Below are positions 1-9,778 of a stretch of 64,000 bases of DNA, in pieces (the stretch's first letter is position 1; each line of letters begins with the position of its first letter). A program made the position numbers and the translations under genes. The notes under the pieces are model-generated. The model saw only the letters and a program-made list of their open reading frames with translations. It was not told the origin of the DNA and did no database searches. This stretch comes from Candidatus Bathyarchaeia archaeon (lineage in GTDB: Archaea > Thermoproteota > Bathyarchaeia > Hecatellales > Hecatellaceae): positions 9,242 through 73,241 of the forward strand of contig JAVZMI010000002.1 of NCBI GenBank assembly GCA_038883335.1. The letters run 5' to 3'.

Positions 1-655
1 ACTCAACATTCATCAGGGTTTCAGCTCTCTCCGCGCTTCCAGCTGCAGAAGTTATAGCTCGTGAAGAACTCTTTGGTATGCACAACCCAGCGGCTGCCAC
101 TATTGGAACAACCAACAGCGTGGTTTTGTCGCCGGGAACTCCGCCGATGGAGTGTTTATCTACTATAACTTCTTTGTCAAGTACCAGCGTATCTCCAGTC
201 TCAACCATGGCGTTAGTCAGGCTCACAGCCTCATCCAGGTCTAAACCTTCTTTCGCCAAGGCTATTACGAAGGAGGTTATCTCAACCTCGCTTAGGGCGC
301 CATTCACAACATCCTTGACGATCTCTCTTATCTCGTTAGAATCTAACTGCCTACCCCTCAGCTTATTTCTAATGTATTCAGTAGATCTTGGGAAGCCTAC
401 TGGTTCCACCTCTATTAGACCACCATCAGGTGCCCCTAGATATTTATACACCTCCTCGTAGAGGAATATCTCCCCCCTTGAGAGAAGCTCTGTGGCGGTG
501 TTGACTATGGCCACCCGCTCCCTCAGATTATAACTCAGTTTAACTCTGCCTAGACTTCTCACACCCATGCTTTCCGCGTCCTCACGGTTCAACACAACTA
601 TCGGCTTCCCCCCCGACTCTAACCCGATACGCTTAACCTTGAAGTTCAACCTCAC
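1..655 (-). CDS. deoA: AMP phosphorylase (thymidine phosphorylase family), N-terminal part; runs off the window edge
   Basis: Manual minus-strand translation from GTG 655: MRLNFKVKRIGLESGGKPIVVLN...VDKHSIGGVPGDKTTLLVVPIVAAAGLCIPKSSSRAITSAAGSAERAETL. DKHSIGGVPG and SSRAITS are archaeal AMP phosphorylase motifs; the gene is divergent from R15P isomerase. Not in the ORF track. Confidence 0.95.
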   Translation of the reverse strand, partial: MRLNFKVKRIGLESGGKPIVVLNREDAESMGVRSLGRVKLSYNLRERVAIVNTATELLSRGEIFLYEEVYKYLGAPDGGLIEVEPVGFPRSTEYIRNKLRGRQLDSNEIREIVKDVVNGALSEVEITSFVIALAKEGLDLDEAVSLTNAMVETGDTLVLDKEVIVDKHSIGGVPGDKTTLLVVPIVAAAGLCIPKSSSRAITSAAGSAERAETLMNVE

Positions 656-747
656 GACCCTTCCCTGATGAGTTTATCTTGAAGATCAGCATTAGATGAC
701 TATAAAACTACTACCTCAAAACCATCTATGGCAGGGCGAGTTAATAA

Positions 748-1734
748 ATGGAAACACTTTATCACCCGGAGGCATTAAGTATCGCGGAAGATATTAAAAA
801 CATGAAAATTAGGGGCGCGGGGAGAGTTGCGAGAGCAGCTGTGAAGGCGTTGCTTTTTACAGCGCGCCACTCTAAGGCCACAAACACCGACTCCCTCATA
901 AAAGAACTTGAATCAACCGCGAAAATGCTGATGGAAACCAGGCCCACCGCGGTAAGTCTGCCAAATGGACTCAGATACGTTTTGAAGCGAGTCTCCGACG
1001 CTAAGGGTTACGCGGAGAGTACGGACGCAATTAGAAAGATAACTAGTAACGCTGCTTTACAGTTCATCGCCGAGTCGAAGCGGGCTGTAGAGAGAATCGG
1101 GGAGATCGGAGCTAGAAGAATAGGTAACGGCGATACAATATTGACCCACTGCAACTCTGAGGCCGCAATATCTATAATAGCTACAGCTTGGAGGCAAGGT
1201 AAAGATATACGTGTCTTTGCAACTGAAACTAGACCCAGGTTGCAAGGGAGAACTACCGTGAGAAGATTGGGCAGGGAGGGGATTCCAACCACACTTATAA
1301 TAGACAGTGCTGCCAGACATTTCATGAACAAAGTGGACAAAGTTGTTGTAGGATCTGATGCTGTAGCAGCAAATGGGGCTGTAGTAAACAAGATAGGCAC
1401 TAGCATGATCGCCCTCGCGGCTAAGGAGGCACGGACACCTTTCTACGTAGCCGCTGAGACCTATAAGTTCAGCCCAGCCACCACGCTCGGGGAACTTATT
1501 AGGATAGAGGAGAGGGACGCTTCAGAGGTCATTCCAAAAGGCACCTTGCAAAGTTTAAAGAATGTAACGGTGAGGAACCCTTCCTTCGACGTGACACCCC
1601 CCCAGTACATTGATCTCATAATAACCGAGAAGGGCGTAATACCTCCTCAGTATGCCATATCCGTGATACAACAAGAGTTCGGATGGGCGCTCTTTGAAGA
1701 AGGTGAACGCCCAATAACCCCGGAAGACGAGTAA
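748..1734 (+). CDS. Ribose-1,5-bisphosphate isomerase (eIF-2B alpha/beta/delta family)
   Basis: IRGA, TRPTAVSL, THCNS (catalytic Cys), ETRP, VGSD (catalytic Asp), NKIGT and NPSFDVTP motifs; lies between AMP phosphorylase and RuBisCO. Confidence 0.93.
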   Translation: METLYHPEALSIAEDIKNMKIRGAGRVARAAVKALLFTARHSKATNTDSLIKELESTAKMLMETRPTAVSLPNGLRYVLKRVSDAKGYAESTDAIRKITSNAALQFIAESKRAVERIGEIGARRIGNGDTILTHCNSEAAISIIATAWRQGKDIRVFATETRPRLQGRTTVRRLGREGIPTTLIIDSAARHFMNKVDKVVVGSDAVAANGAVVNKIGTSMIALAAKEARTPFYVAAETYKFSPATTLGELIRIEERDASEVIPKGTLQSLKNVTVRNPSFDVTPPQYIDLIITEKGVIPPQYAISVIQQEFGWALFEEGERPITPEDE

Positions 1735-1738
1735 TGAG

Positions 1739-2971
1739 GTGAAACCAGTGGGATACATTGATTTTGTAGATTTGAAGTATATCCCTGCAGCCAGTGATCT
1801 GATATGTAAGTTTTACGTTGAACCTCAAGGATTAAGCCTCGAGGAAGCGGCAGGTGGGGTCGCGGCTGAGAGTTCTGTCGGGACATGGACAGAACTTGGA
1901 ACTATGAGAGAATATGCTTGGAAACTACACGCTACAGTCTTCGAGATCAAAGGCAACCATGTGACGATAGCCTACCCAGCAGAACTTTTCGAGAAAAGTA
2001 ACATGCCTAACATACTTAGCAGTATAGCGGGGAACGTCTTCGGACTTGCCGCCTTAAAGAATCTGAGGCTAGTCGACATTCAGATCCCGAGAGAGCTGGT
2101 TAAGAGCTTTAAAGGGCCAAGATACGGGATTGAAGGAATACGGAGAATCCTTAAAGTGCCTAAGAGACCGCTTGTGGGAACTATTATCAAACCAAAGTTG
2201 GGTTTAAACCCCGGCGACCACGCCGAGGTTGCTTACGAAGCCTGGTCTGGCGGCTGCGACATTGTAAAGGATGATGAGAACTTGGCCAGTCAACGCTTTA
2301 ACAGGTTTGCAACGCGACTGCGTGAGACACTTAGGAGGAGGGATCGTGCTGAGAAGGAGACCGGAGAGAGGAAGATGTACCTTGTCAACATCACAGCAGA
2401 AACTGAGGAGATGCTGAGGAGGGCCCAGCTTGTTAAGGATAGCGGTGGCGAATATGTGATGATAGACATATTGACCTGCGGTTTCGCCAGCGTTCAGACT
2501 CTGAGGGATATGAATCTAGGGCTGGTTCTCCACGGCCACAGGGCGGGGCACGCCGCCTTCACGAGGAACCCAAAGCACGGGATATCGATGAGGGTCATCT
2601 CACGCATTGGAAGAATCATCGGGCTCGATCAGCTCCATGTAGGAGCAGCCGTGGGCAAGATGTCGGAGGAGAGAGATGAAGTTCTTGAGAACGTTCAGGC
2701 GCTAAAGGGGGAGTTATACGGCCTTAAAAGAGTTCTTCCCGTGGCTTCAGGTGGGCTCCACCCCCGCCTCGTCCCCTCCCTCGTGGAGATCTTCGGGAAT
2801 GATGTTGTGATCCAAGCTGGAGGCGGGATCCACGGTCATAAAGATGGAACCTACGCCGGAGCCAGAGCTATGAGACAGGCCATAGATGCTACAGTAGAAG
2901 GGATAACCCTCGCCGAGTATGCAAATAGCCATGGCGAACTGCGGGCGGCGTTGAATACTTGGCCGGCTTGA
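1739..2971 (+). CDS. rbcL: Form III RuBisCO large subunit
   Basis: AAESSVGTW, GTIIKPKLGL, DIVKDDEN (carbamylated Lys), HGHRAGH, loop-6 VGKM, ASGGLHP and QAGGGIHGH motifs all present. Confidence 0.95.
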   Translation: MKPVGYIDFVDLKYIPAASDLICKFYVEPQGLSLEEAAGGVAAESSVGTWTELGTMREYAWKLHATVFEIKGNHVTIAYPAELFEKSNMPNILSSIAGNVFGLAALKNLRLVDIQIPRELVKSFKGPRYGIEGIRRILKVPKRPLVGTIIKPKLGLNPGDHAEVAYEAWSGGCDIVKDDENLASQRFNRFATRLRETLRRRDRAEKETGERKMYLVNITAETEEMLRRAQLVKDSGGEYVMIDILTCGFASVQTLRDMNLGLVLHGHRAGHAAFTRNPKHGISMRVISRIGRIIGLDQLHVGAAVGKMSEERDEVLENVQALKGELYGLKRVLPVASGGLHPRLVPSLVEIFGNDVVIQAGGGIHGHKDGTYAGARAMRQAIDATVEGITLAEYANSHGELRAALNTWPA

Positions 2972-3362
2972 CGGCTAGAGTATAACGGCTTTAATCCTGA
3001 AATGTTTAGGGGAGATATGTGCCGAAGCCCCCCACCCACTAAGGAGCTGGGAAGAGCTTGTTTATCGGCATCTCGCTAACCCTGTAGCGATGTTAATGAA
3101 GTTTGATGGTAGCTTCTGCATAGCTCGGTGTTCTTATATCGCGTTCACTTGCCGTCTCCTTGACTACCCCGAAGCCTTCAGGGTTAAATGTGAACTGAGA
3201 AAAAATGGCTAAGACATACCTTTTTGCATATAACTCTCTCAGACTTACCATTATCTTCATCTACGCATATGAGCGGGAAAACTAGGTTGGGGTATACTAA
3301 AGGTAATCTTTTTAATGAGCTAGAGACATTTAGAGAGGACGTAAATCCTTAGGGGCGATAAT

Positions 3363-3815
3363 TTGGTGGCTACACCATACGAGGTGCCGGCTGACAAGCT
3401 GATTGAGATGCTTTCTAAACATCTAGCCGAGAATGTTGAGGCCGTAAATCCGCCGCAGTGGGCCGCCTACGTTAAGACTGGAGCCCACGCTCAACGCCCC
3501 CCGGATGCGGATGACTGGTGGTATACTAGGTGTGCTTCACTTCTGAGAAAACTATACATCCACGGGCCTATTGGTGTCTCGAGGTTGCGTTTAGAGTATG
3601 GAGGGAGGAGAACTGGTAGAGCATCAAGACCTGAGCGCTTCCGCCGAGGGGGAGGAGCTATTTTGAGGAGGGCTCTCCAACAGCTCGAGTTAGCCGGTCT
3701 CGTGAAGACTTCGAAGAGAGGGCGCTCACTTACCACTGAAGGTAAAAGTTTACTGGAGCAGGTTGCTGGGAAGATTAAGATCGAGATGGAGAAGATCATG
3801 CAGGCAGGAGGTTAA
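3363..3815 (+). CDS. rps19e: 30S ribosomal protein S19e
   Basis: PQWAAYVKTG, WWYTRCASLLRKLY and ILRRALQQLE motifs. Confidence 0.97.
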   Translation: MVATPYEVPADKLIEMLSKHLAENVEAVNPPQWAAYVKTGAHAQRPPDADDWWYTRCASLLRKLYIHGPIGVSRLRLEYGGRRTGRASRPERFRRGGGAILRRALQQLELAGLVKTSKRGRSLTTEGKSLLEQVAGKIKIEMEKIMQAGG

Positions 3816-3823
3816 CCTGTGGT

Positions 3824-4141
3824 ATGGCGGAAGAAGAACTTGAGCGGTTGAAGCAGCAGCGCCTCATCGATCTGAGGAGGAGGATAGCCGAGGAGGAAGC
3901 TAGAGCTAGAGCTGAAGCTGAAAAGCAGGCTGCTCTAAGGGTGGTTTTGACGGCGGAGGCTAGACAGCGTCTGGCGAACATAAGGATGGTGAGACCTGAT
4001 TTTGCAGAGCAACTAGAGTTGCAGCTAATCCAGCTTGCTCAGGAAGGCAGGCTTCAAATTCCAGTTACAGATGAGAAGTTGAGGGAGCTTCTTGATAAGG
4101 TGAGCTCTCGAAAGAGGGAGATAAGCATTAGGAGATATTGA
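3824..4141 (+). CDS. PDCD5-like dsDNA-binding protein
   Basis: LTAEARQRLANIRMVRP...LELQLIQL...IRR motif; conserved position after rps19e. Confidence 0.92.
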   Translation: MAEEELERLKQQRLIDLRRRIAEEEARARAEAEKQAALRVVLTAEARQRLANIRMVRPDFAEQLELQLIQLAQEGRLQIPVTDEKLRELLDKVSSRKREISIRRY

Positions 4142-4152
4142 GGAGACCTAAA

Positions 4153-4308
4153 GTGGCGAGATATAAGACGCTATCTAAGAAGATTAAGTTGGCCAAAGAG
4201 TTTAAGAAAGCAAATCCTGTCCCAGCTTGGATTATCGCCAAAACGAGGGGAAGAGTCCGCCGGACACCTACTAGGAGACATTGGCGAAGGGTCAAGATAA
4301 AGATCTGA
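4153..4308 (+). CDS. rpl39e: 50S ribosomal protein L39e
   Basis: Manual translation from GTG: MARYKTLSKKIKLAKEFKKANPVPAWIIAKTRGRVRRTPTRRHWRRVKIKI (51 aa, below the track cutoff). Confidence 0.95.
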   Translation: MARYKTLSKKIKLAKEFKKANPVPAWIIAKTRGRVRRTPTRRHWRRVKIKI

Positions 4309-4333
4309 AGGGTTATGGACGCTTGACGCTAGG

Positions 4334-4765
4334 ATGAGAGAGGGAGACCAAACAATGGAGACCGGTATGGAAGAGAAGACTGAAAAAGTAGCTGAGGAGA
4401 CGACTCGTTCAAAGAAGGGGGAGGTTAAGGAGGTAAGGGAAGCCGAACCGGCTAAAGTAAAGAAGGATAAGGCTAAAGAGATGGAAGAGGAGATTCTCGA
4501 GGAGAAGATTTACACAATCCCTCTCGGGCGTGTATGGAACATCCAACAGCCCTATAGGACACCGAAGTCGATCAAACTTGTGAGAGATTACGTAAAGAGA
4601 CATATGAAAGTTGACGTGGTAAAGCTCCACGACGGGTTGAATCGCTTCATGTGGCGGAGAGGAATAGAAAAACCGCCACGCCGAGTACGTGTAAGAGCCA
4701 CGAAGGATAAGGAAGGAAATGTCACGGTATACCTGGCTGAGGGGAAGGAGTCGCGTGCCCCTTAA
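4334..4765 (+). CDS. rpl31e: 50S ribosomal protein L31e with charged N-terminal extension (start may be a downstream ATG)
   Basis: EKIYTIPL, RHMK and WRRGIEKPPRRVRV motifs; follows rpl39e. Confidence 0.95.
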   Translation: MREGDQTMETGMEEKTEKVAEETTRSKKGEVKEVREAEPAKVKKDKAKEMEEEILEEKIYTIPLGRVWNIQQPYRTPKSIKLVRDYVKRHMKVDVVKLHDGLNRFMWRRGIEKPPRRVRVRATKDKEGNVTVYLAEGKESRAP

Positions 4766-5091
4766 GTCAGCCTGCGTCGTGGTTTCAAGGACATCCGTTT
4801 AACGTTGCCGCAGCTTAAGCAAGTTATGGTGAGGTGGGGCTCCCTTCTCTGCTGTATTCTGACTCTGCAGTTTGAGTTAGGTAGGAGGAAAGTTTTACAT
4901 TTTTTACAGATCAGAAGCTTCCACTTCCTCGGAATTCTAACCCTACATTTCATCCCTACATGGCGGGCCATCTCACTGTAACGTTGAGCAAGCTTAGGAT
5001 CTTGGTTATAGATTTCTAGAGCCAACTTGAATAGCGCCTCTACAGTCTGCTCCGCCAACTGTCTACGATCCCTTCTCTCGCCCAATCCCAA
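4762..5091 (-). CDS. rnp4: RNase P protein Rpp21
   Basis: LAQRYS...ICKKCKTFLLP...CRVRI...ITCLSCGNVKR zinc ribbon. Confidence 0.92.
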   Translation of the reverse strand: MGLGERRDRRQLAEQTVEALFKLALEIYNQDPKLAQRYSEMARHVGMKCRVRIPRKWKLLICKKCKTFLLPNSNCRVRIQQRREPHLTITCLSCGNVKRMSLKPRRRLT

Positions 5092-5147
5092 ATCGACCGA
5101 CCCTTAATAGTGGAAGCCACATAATATCTAAAGCTTAGGCGGGTGGT

Positions 5148-5855
5148 TTGATGTTAACCTTGATCATAGCAGAGTCTGCGTTAGAGGTTATCCCTGAAGA
5201 GATTAGGGGTGACCCTCGAATTCTAGCATACTCTAAGAGAGCCGGGAAGGATCCGTGCCGGATGTTGTTGGACAAGTCTTATCACTATGCGGCAATGGGA
5301 CGCATCGACCAGAAAGAGAAGCGTGGTAGACCTGACATCGTCCACCTAACACTCTTAGAAGCGTTAGGCTCACCCCTCAACTTAGAGGGTCTACTCCAAA
5401 CCTATGTTCACACTATTAACGATCAGACTATCACCATCAACCCAAAAACCAGAATCCCAAGAAACTATAACCGCTTTGTGGGGTTGATGGAGCAGCTCTT
5501 TCAGACCGGGAAAACTCCGATGAGAGGCGATGTGTTACTTGAACTTAAAAAGGCTGAGCTGAAGAGTTTGATCAAGTCGATCGGGGCCTCTTACGTATAT
5601 GCCTTCAGCAGAGTTGGAAGGCCGGCCACTGTGAAAGAGATCGGGGTGCTCCTGAGAGATCGAAGGAACCCCGCAATTTTAGTCGGCGGTTTCCCGAAGG
5701 GCCATCTTACACCCAAAACATTGGAAGCAGCGAATGACTGTTTCTGCGTAGACCCTTCTCCATTAGACGCGTGGGTAGTAGTTTCAAGAGTCATATCAGC
5801 TTACGAAGAGGCAATAGGACTACCTGAACGGCGGCTGAGCAGGATTCGAAGGTAA
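5148..5855 (+). CDS. nep1: 16S rRNA pseudouridine N1-methyltransferase Nep1 (SPOUT)
   Basis: AESALE, LLDKSYHY, RGRPDIVH, PRNYNRFVGLMEQL and GGFPKG motifs. Confidence 0.95.
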   Translation: MMLTLIIAESALEVIPEEIRGDPRILAYSKRAGKDPCRMLLDKSYHYAAMGRIDQKEKRGRPDIVHLTLLEALGSPLNLEGLLQTYVHTINDQTITINPKTRIPRNYNRFVGLMEQLFQTGKTPMRGDVLLELKKAELKSLIKSIGASYVYAFSRVGRPATVKEIGVLLRDRRNPAILVGGFPKGHLTPKTLEAANDCFCVDPSPLDAWVVVSRVISAYEEAIGLPERRLSRIRR

Positions 5856-6113
5856 CGGGGGTTATTTTTATTCGTAGACGAATGTGCCCCCCTCCAAAAA
5901 GGATGACTCCGCTCGGATCCCGCAGACTCGTCTCCATATTGACGATGAGAGCTCAGAGAGCCTCCCTAGTTGCCTCTCACATCGAAACATTATCTATTAG
6001 AAACTGAAGATCAAAAGCATAACCAGTTCACCGAGGAATTTTTAGAGTGTATAAGTATAGAATTAGGCGCCGCAAAGCGTGAGCGGCATATAAGCCCTGA
6101 CAGGCTGAGTACA

Positions 6114-7442
6114 CTAGCTCGGCGCAAGGAATTCGGTGATCCGCGTCTGGAGGAGCAGCTGCCTCAAGACTGTACTATTAGCAATCCAAGTTTTGAGGGG
6201 TATGGCAAGATGCCTCGTTGCGTGAGCCAGCGCGGCCTCGAGGCTATCAAATTTCTCAGGGGCGGCTCTAAGGGCTCTCCGGACACTCTCCCTAACGTTC
6301 CAAACACCCACAGGGAGAACATAGCCGGGGTGGATCTCCCTCAGCAGGAGGGCGGCTGCTTGCCTCCGCTCTACGCTGAGCTTCTCGGCTGTGGCTAACC
6401 GTGCGGAGTAGTAGCAGCCGCCTACACTAGCGTAAGTCCTTCGCCCTCCCCAATCTTCCCAGTCGCCCATTATCGCTGGGGCAGCCCCGTTGGCGTTCCA
6501 TGTTGTGCCTGGAAACCACGCCTCAATCCACTCGAAGCGCCATGTGTAAGGCATAAGGAAGACTACGAACCTGTTGTCGAGGTTTGTGTAGGTGTAAACC
6601 CTGTACTCGTTGATCGTCTCGTATTGTTTGATCTCCTTGATGAGGTGGAGGGATAGAATACTGTCGATGGCTGTTATGCTCCACCTCGTCGGCACTAGCT
6701 TCCTACTGGACCTCAGCCCTAACATCCCCAAGCTGAAGGGGCGTTGGATCCTCGTCACCGCAACGCCTTCCTTATAGAGTTGGACAACCGCCTCAGACGC
6801 CCTCAGATCGCCGTCAGAGAAAACCTTCTCAACCCGCCAGTCCGTTTTGATATTTGGCACGTTGAAGAATCTGAGAGGGGCTGAAGGGCCGAACGGTTGC
6901 GAATTGTCGTCAAGAGTTAAAACTCGCCGAGGCGTCTTGGCGAAGGTGGCCTCAGCTTCCGTGGGGGAGATACCCATCGCTAACTCTTGAAGCTTATCGA
7001 GGATTCGCCCTCCTTTGCTCGCGTCATCTACGGAAGCTCTGATCTTGCCTCTGATTAGAGAGAAACGGTAGTCTATTATCTCGCTAATCGATAATCCTAT
7101 CCACCGTTCTGGGGTGTCTAAAATCTCCGTATCGCCGAAGTAAGGTGGCATCATAGGGCCGAAGGCGACCTTAGGGTAGCCTACGTGACCTACAAAGACA
7201 CTTGGAGGAGATGAACCTTCAATATGTTCAGAGGCAATTAGTGGAGTTAGCTTGGCTAGCGCCTTAGCCTTGGCGGCTATTGGGCAGAAGGGCTTGCCGC
7301 AGAGCATCCTTCCCCCTTTACAGAGGAGACAGATGGAAACTTTCGGCTGTATGAACTCAATACCTTCTAGAAACTCGAACCCCTTAAACTCCTCTTCGGA
7401 GAAAATTCTGCGTTGCTGGAGGAGCTCTCTAATGTGTGGCAT
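6114..7442 (-). CDS. nreA: Nre family DNA repair protein
   Basis: N-terminal CxxCKG..LCG..CP, GSSPPSVFVG, VPTRWSITA and PVGVWNVRE motifs; C-terminal PIP box QTRITEFL. Confidence 0.92.
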   Translation of the reverse strand: MPHIRELLQQRRIFSEEEFKGFEFLEGIEFIQPKVSICLLCKGGRMLCGKPFCPIAAKAKALAKLTPLIASEHIEGSSPPSVFVGHVGYPKVAFGPMMPPYFGDTEILDTPERWIGLSISEIIDYRFSLIRGKIRASVDDASKGGRILDKLQELAMGISPTEAEATFAKTPRRVLTLDDNSQPFGPSAPLRFFNVPNIKTDWRVEKVFSDGDLRASEAVVQLYKEGVAVTRIQRPFSLGMLGLRSSRKLVPTRWSITAIDSILSLHLIKEIKQYETINEYRVYTYTNLDNRFVVFLMPYTWRFEWIEAWFPGTTWNANGAAPAIMGDWEDWGGRRTYASVGGCYYSARLATAEKLSVERRQAAALLLREIHPGYVLPVGVWNVRESVRRALRAAPEKFDSLEAALAHATRHLAIPLKTWIANSTVLRQLLLQTRITEFLAPS

Positions 7443-7548
7443 GAATCTTCAGTAGTACTCTTTATTAGTCAAGAATTTAAGGAATTACCGCGTGCCCCAA
7501 AGTTTGAGTTCTAAGGGTTTGTCGTGATGGTAGCTTTACCAGGCTGAG

Positions 7549-8223
7549 GTGGAACTCGTGAGAATATGTGACCGAATATTTTTCTATCCTGGCTCCGAGT
7601 CTGACATCCTAAGCTCCAACACATACTTGATAAACGATAAGGTCTTAGCAGTTGTAGACCCCGGTAGCATAAGCCGGCTGGACACTCTACTCAAACACTT
7701 CAGGGAGGATAGAGTAAACGTTGAAGATCTAGAGCTGATAATCAACACGCACAGCCACTTCGACCACTGCGGAGCGAACTTCCACCTTCAGAGGGCCTCG
7801 AGAGCGAAAATAGCAATGCACGAATTGGAAGAGAAGTTTCTAGCTAATTCGCGGAGTATAGCGCTCAGGTTCGGAGACATGATGCCTACATTCAAGGTTG
7901 ACCGACGCCTTCGGGATGGAGAAAAGCTCGTCACTGGAGACCTAATCTTTGAGGTAGTTCATACCCCAGGCCACACGCCTGGCGGTATTTGCCTCTACGA
8001 ACCAAGCCTCAAGCTCCTTTTCTCAGGCGACACCATATTCCCTTACGGAAATATCGGAAGGACAGACCTCCCGGGAGGAGACCCCGCTCAGCTTGCAAAG
8101 TCGATAAGGCGACTCACCGGGTTAGATGTGAGGATACTTGCCCCAGGTCACATGAATATAGTTACTGAGGCTGTGAATGAGCAGATTGAAGCCTCCTTGA
8201 GAAACGCTGAACTGCTATTATGA
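7549..8223 (+). CDS. MBL-fold metallo-hydrolase (glyoxalase II-like)
   Basis: THSHFDH, HTPGHTPG, FSGD, GRTDLPGG and PGH motifs. Confidence 0.88.
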   Translation: MELVRICDRIFFYPGSESDILSSNTYLINDKVLAVVDPGSISRLDTLLKHFREDRVNVEDLELIINTHSHFDHCGANFHLQRASRAKIAMHELEEKFLANSRSIALRFGDMMPTFKVDRRLRDGEKLVTGDLIFEVVHTPGHTPGGICLYEPSLKLLFSGDTIFPYGNIGRTDLPGGDPAQLAKSIRRLTGLDVRILAPGHMNIVTEAVNEQIEASLRNAELLL

Positions 8224-8302
8224 CCGAAGATAGACGACCTCCCTCCATACGGAGAATTGTCTAAAAACTAACCTTTGTAGGTAGACTCTTTTGGAAGGCA
8301 AG

Positions 8303-9646
8303 CTAAGGCTCTAGTAGATGTCGTTGAAGTAGCTTCTCCATGTAGCGCGGCACACTAGCAGGCTCAACCACCCCATCCTCTGTTATTATGCCCGAGATCA
8401 GACTAGGTGGGGTTATGTCGAAATACAAATTTCTGACGGTCATACTTGGCGGGAAGCTATCCAGCACATCTGATGGGTCCCTCTCCTCGAGTATAGGTTC
8501 TTCGCCAAGATAGTTTCTAACATCGAACTTGGAGAACTCACAAACCGCATAGAACGGGATACCCTTATCCTTCGCGGCCAACGCAATCAAATAAGTTCCC
8601 ACCTTATTGACTAGTGAGCCATCGGCGAGTACGCTATCCGCACCAACTAACACCATGTCAGCTTCAGTAATGAAGTGGCCAACTGCTGCGTCGGTGATTA
8701 GCGTTACGGGTACCCCTACCGTTGAAAGCTCAGCTGCAACCTCTCTTCCCTCGCAGAGCGGCCTTGACTCTGAAACTACGACTCTCATCCTTCTCCCTTC
8801 CGAGGCTACCTGCTTGAATGTCTCAATAACCATCGAGCTGTTGCTATGCGTTAGCACTGTGTACCCGTCGCCAATATTTCTACACGCTTCCCTCACAGCC
8901 TTCTTCGAAGACAGCTCTAAACCTTTAACCGCCTCCTCGACCTCCCGTGCAACTGAGATTTTTAGTGAAGCCAAACTCGTAGCTTTAAGTCTTAAAATTC
9001 GGGAGCACAGGAGATCTATAATGTTAGCAATTGAACACATGCTGGGTTTAAGGTTTCTAAGCCTCTCAGCTGTCTCCTCGAGGCGCCGCAAACATTCCTC
9101 GGGAGCCCCCAGCTCGCATGCATCCGCAGCTAACCTCAAAGTCTGAGCGGCTTCCACTGCAAGTTGCCGTGCACCCCGCTTTCTATCAGATGCTATCTCC
9201 CAGAGTTTCCTAGCGACATCCGGGCTTGGTGGAAGTCTAGCGTCAAACTTAACCCTCATAAGCGCCTGCCGGAGCATGGGCACAGTTTCGTATAGGTCTA
9301 TCTCCTCCGGTTTTATCCACCGGTATTCCTCGTTCTCCCAGTTTACCGTTATACTTGGCTTGTCAGCCTTGAAGAGATAGGGATACACAACCCATAGAAC
9401 ATTTTTCTCCTTGTCGGGAACTAGCAGGAGCTTACCTTTAACGGCTAGGTGAACTTCCCGAGCGTTGAGACCTACCTCCTCTTGGATCTCTATTAGCGCC
9501 CTGCTCGAAGGGTCTTCGTTCCCCTCAATATAGCCGCTGACCCCGGCCCACTTGCCCTTGAAAGTTCCAACCCTACCGCTCCGTTTGAGAATTAAAATCA
9601 GCCCGTTATATTCGAGGAAAACTGTTACAACTTTTCTCAGCTCCAA
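8303..9646 (-). CDS. Fusion of a Nudix hydrolase and an eIF-2B alpha/beta/delta-like (sugar-phosphate isomerase fold) domain
   Basis: N-terminal Nudix box GYIEGNEDPSSRALIEIQEEVGL; C-terminal RGA, THSNS, SESRP, VGADSV, NKVGT and YFDITP motifs. Confidence 0.88.
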   Translation of the reverse strand: MELRKVVTVFLEYNGLILILKRSGRVGTFKGKWAGVSGYIEGNEDPSSRALIEIQEEVGLNAREVHLAVKGKLLLVPDKEKNVLWVVYPYLFKADKPSITVNWENEEYRWIKPEEIDLYETVPMLRQALMRVKFDARLPPSPDVARKLWEIASDRKRGARQLAVEAAQTLRLAADACELGAPEECLRRLEETAERLRNLKPSMCSIANIIDLLCSRILRLKATSLASLKISVAREVEEAVKGLELSSKKAVREACRNIGDGYTVLTHSNSSMVIETFKQVASEGRRMRVVVSESRPLCEGREVAAELSTVGVPVTLITDAAVGHFITEADMVLVGADSVLADGSLVNKVGTYLIALAAKDKGIPFYAVCEFSKFDVRNYLGEEPILEERDPSDVLDSFPPSMTVRNLYFDITPPSLISGIITEDGVVEPASVPRYMEKLLQRHLLEP

Positions 9647-9778
9647 AGGTCCAACCTCCGATTCAGAGTAACAAGCCTCCTTAAAACCTGAGAATTAGGT
9701 TAAAACGACAACTGAGGAGGCGCGCCTAGGAAGTGCAAAGGGGATACAATAATAACATGAGGATACGTATCGCCTATT

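Noticed and set aside
78..461. 127-aa plus-strand ORF
   Set aside because: Antisense shadow of the AMP phosphorylase gene.
665..690. CTGATGA...GAA resembling a hammerhead ribozyme core or a C box
   Set aside because: No supporting stems, GAAA core or matching D box.
1739..2971. RuBisCO as evidence of a Calvin cycle, or as a form IV protein
   Set aside because: The context is AMP salvage with no PRK seen, and the catalytic motifs are those of a true RuBisCO.
3093..3260. 55-codon minus-strand ORF and weak hairpins after rbcL
   Set aside because: No motif or SD; no structure class could be supported.
5970..6398. 142-aa plus-strand ORF
   Set aside because: Mostly antisense to nreA; no recognisable motifs.
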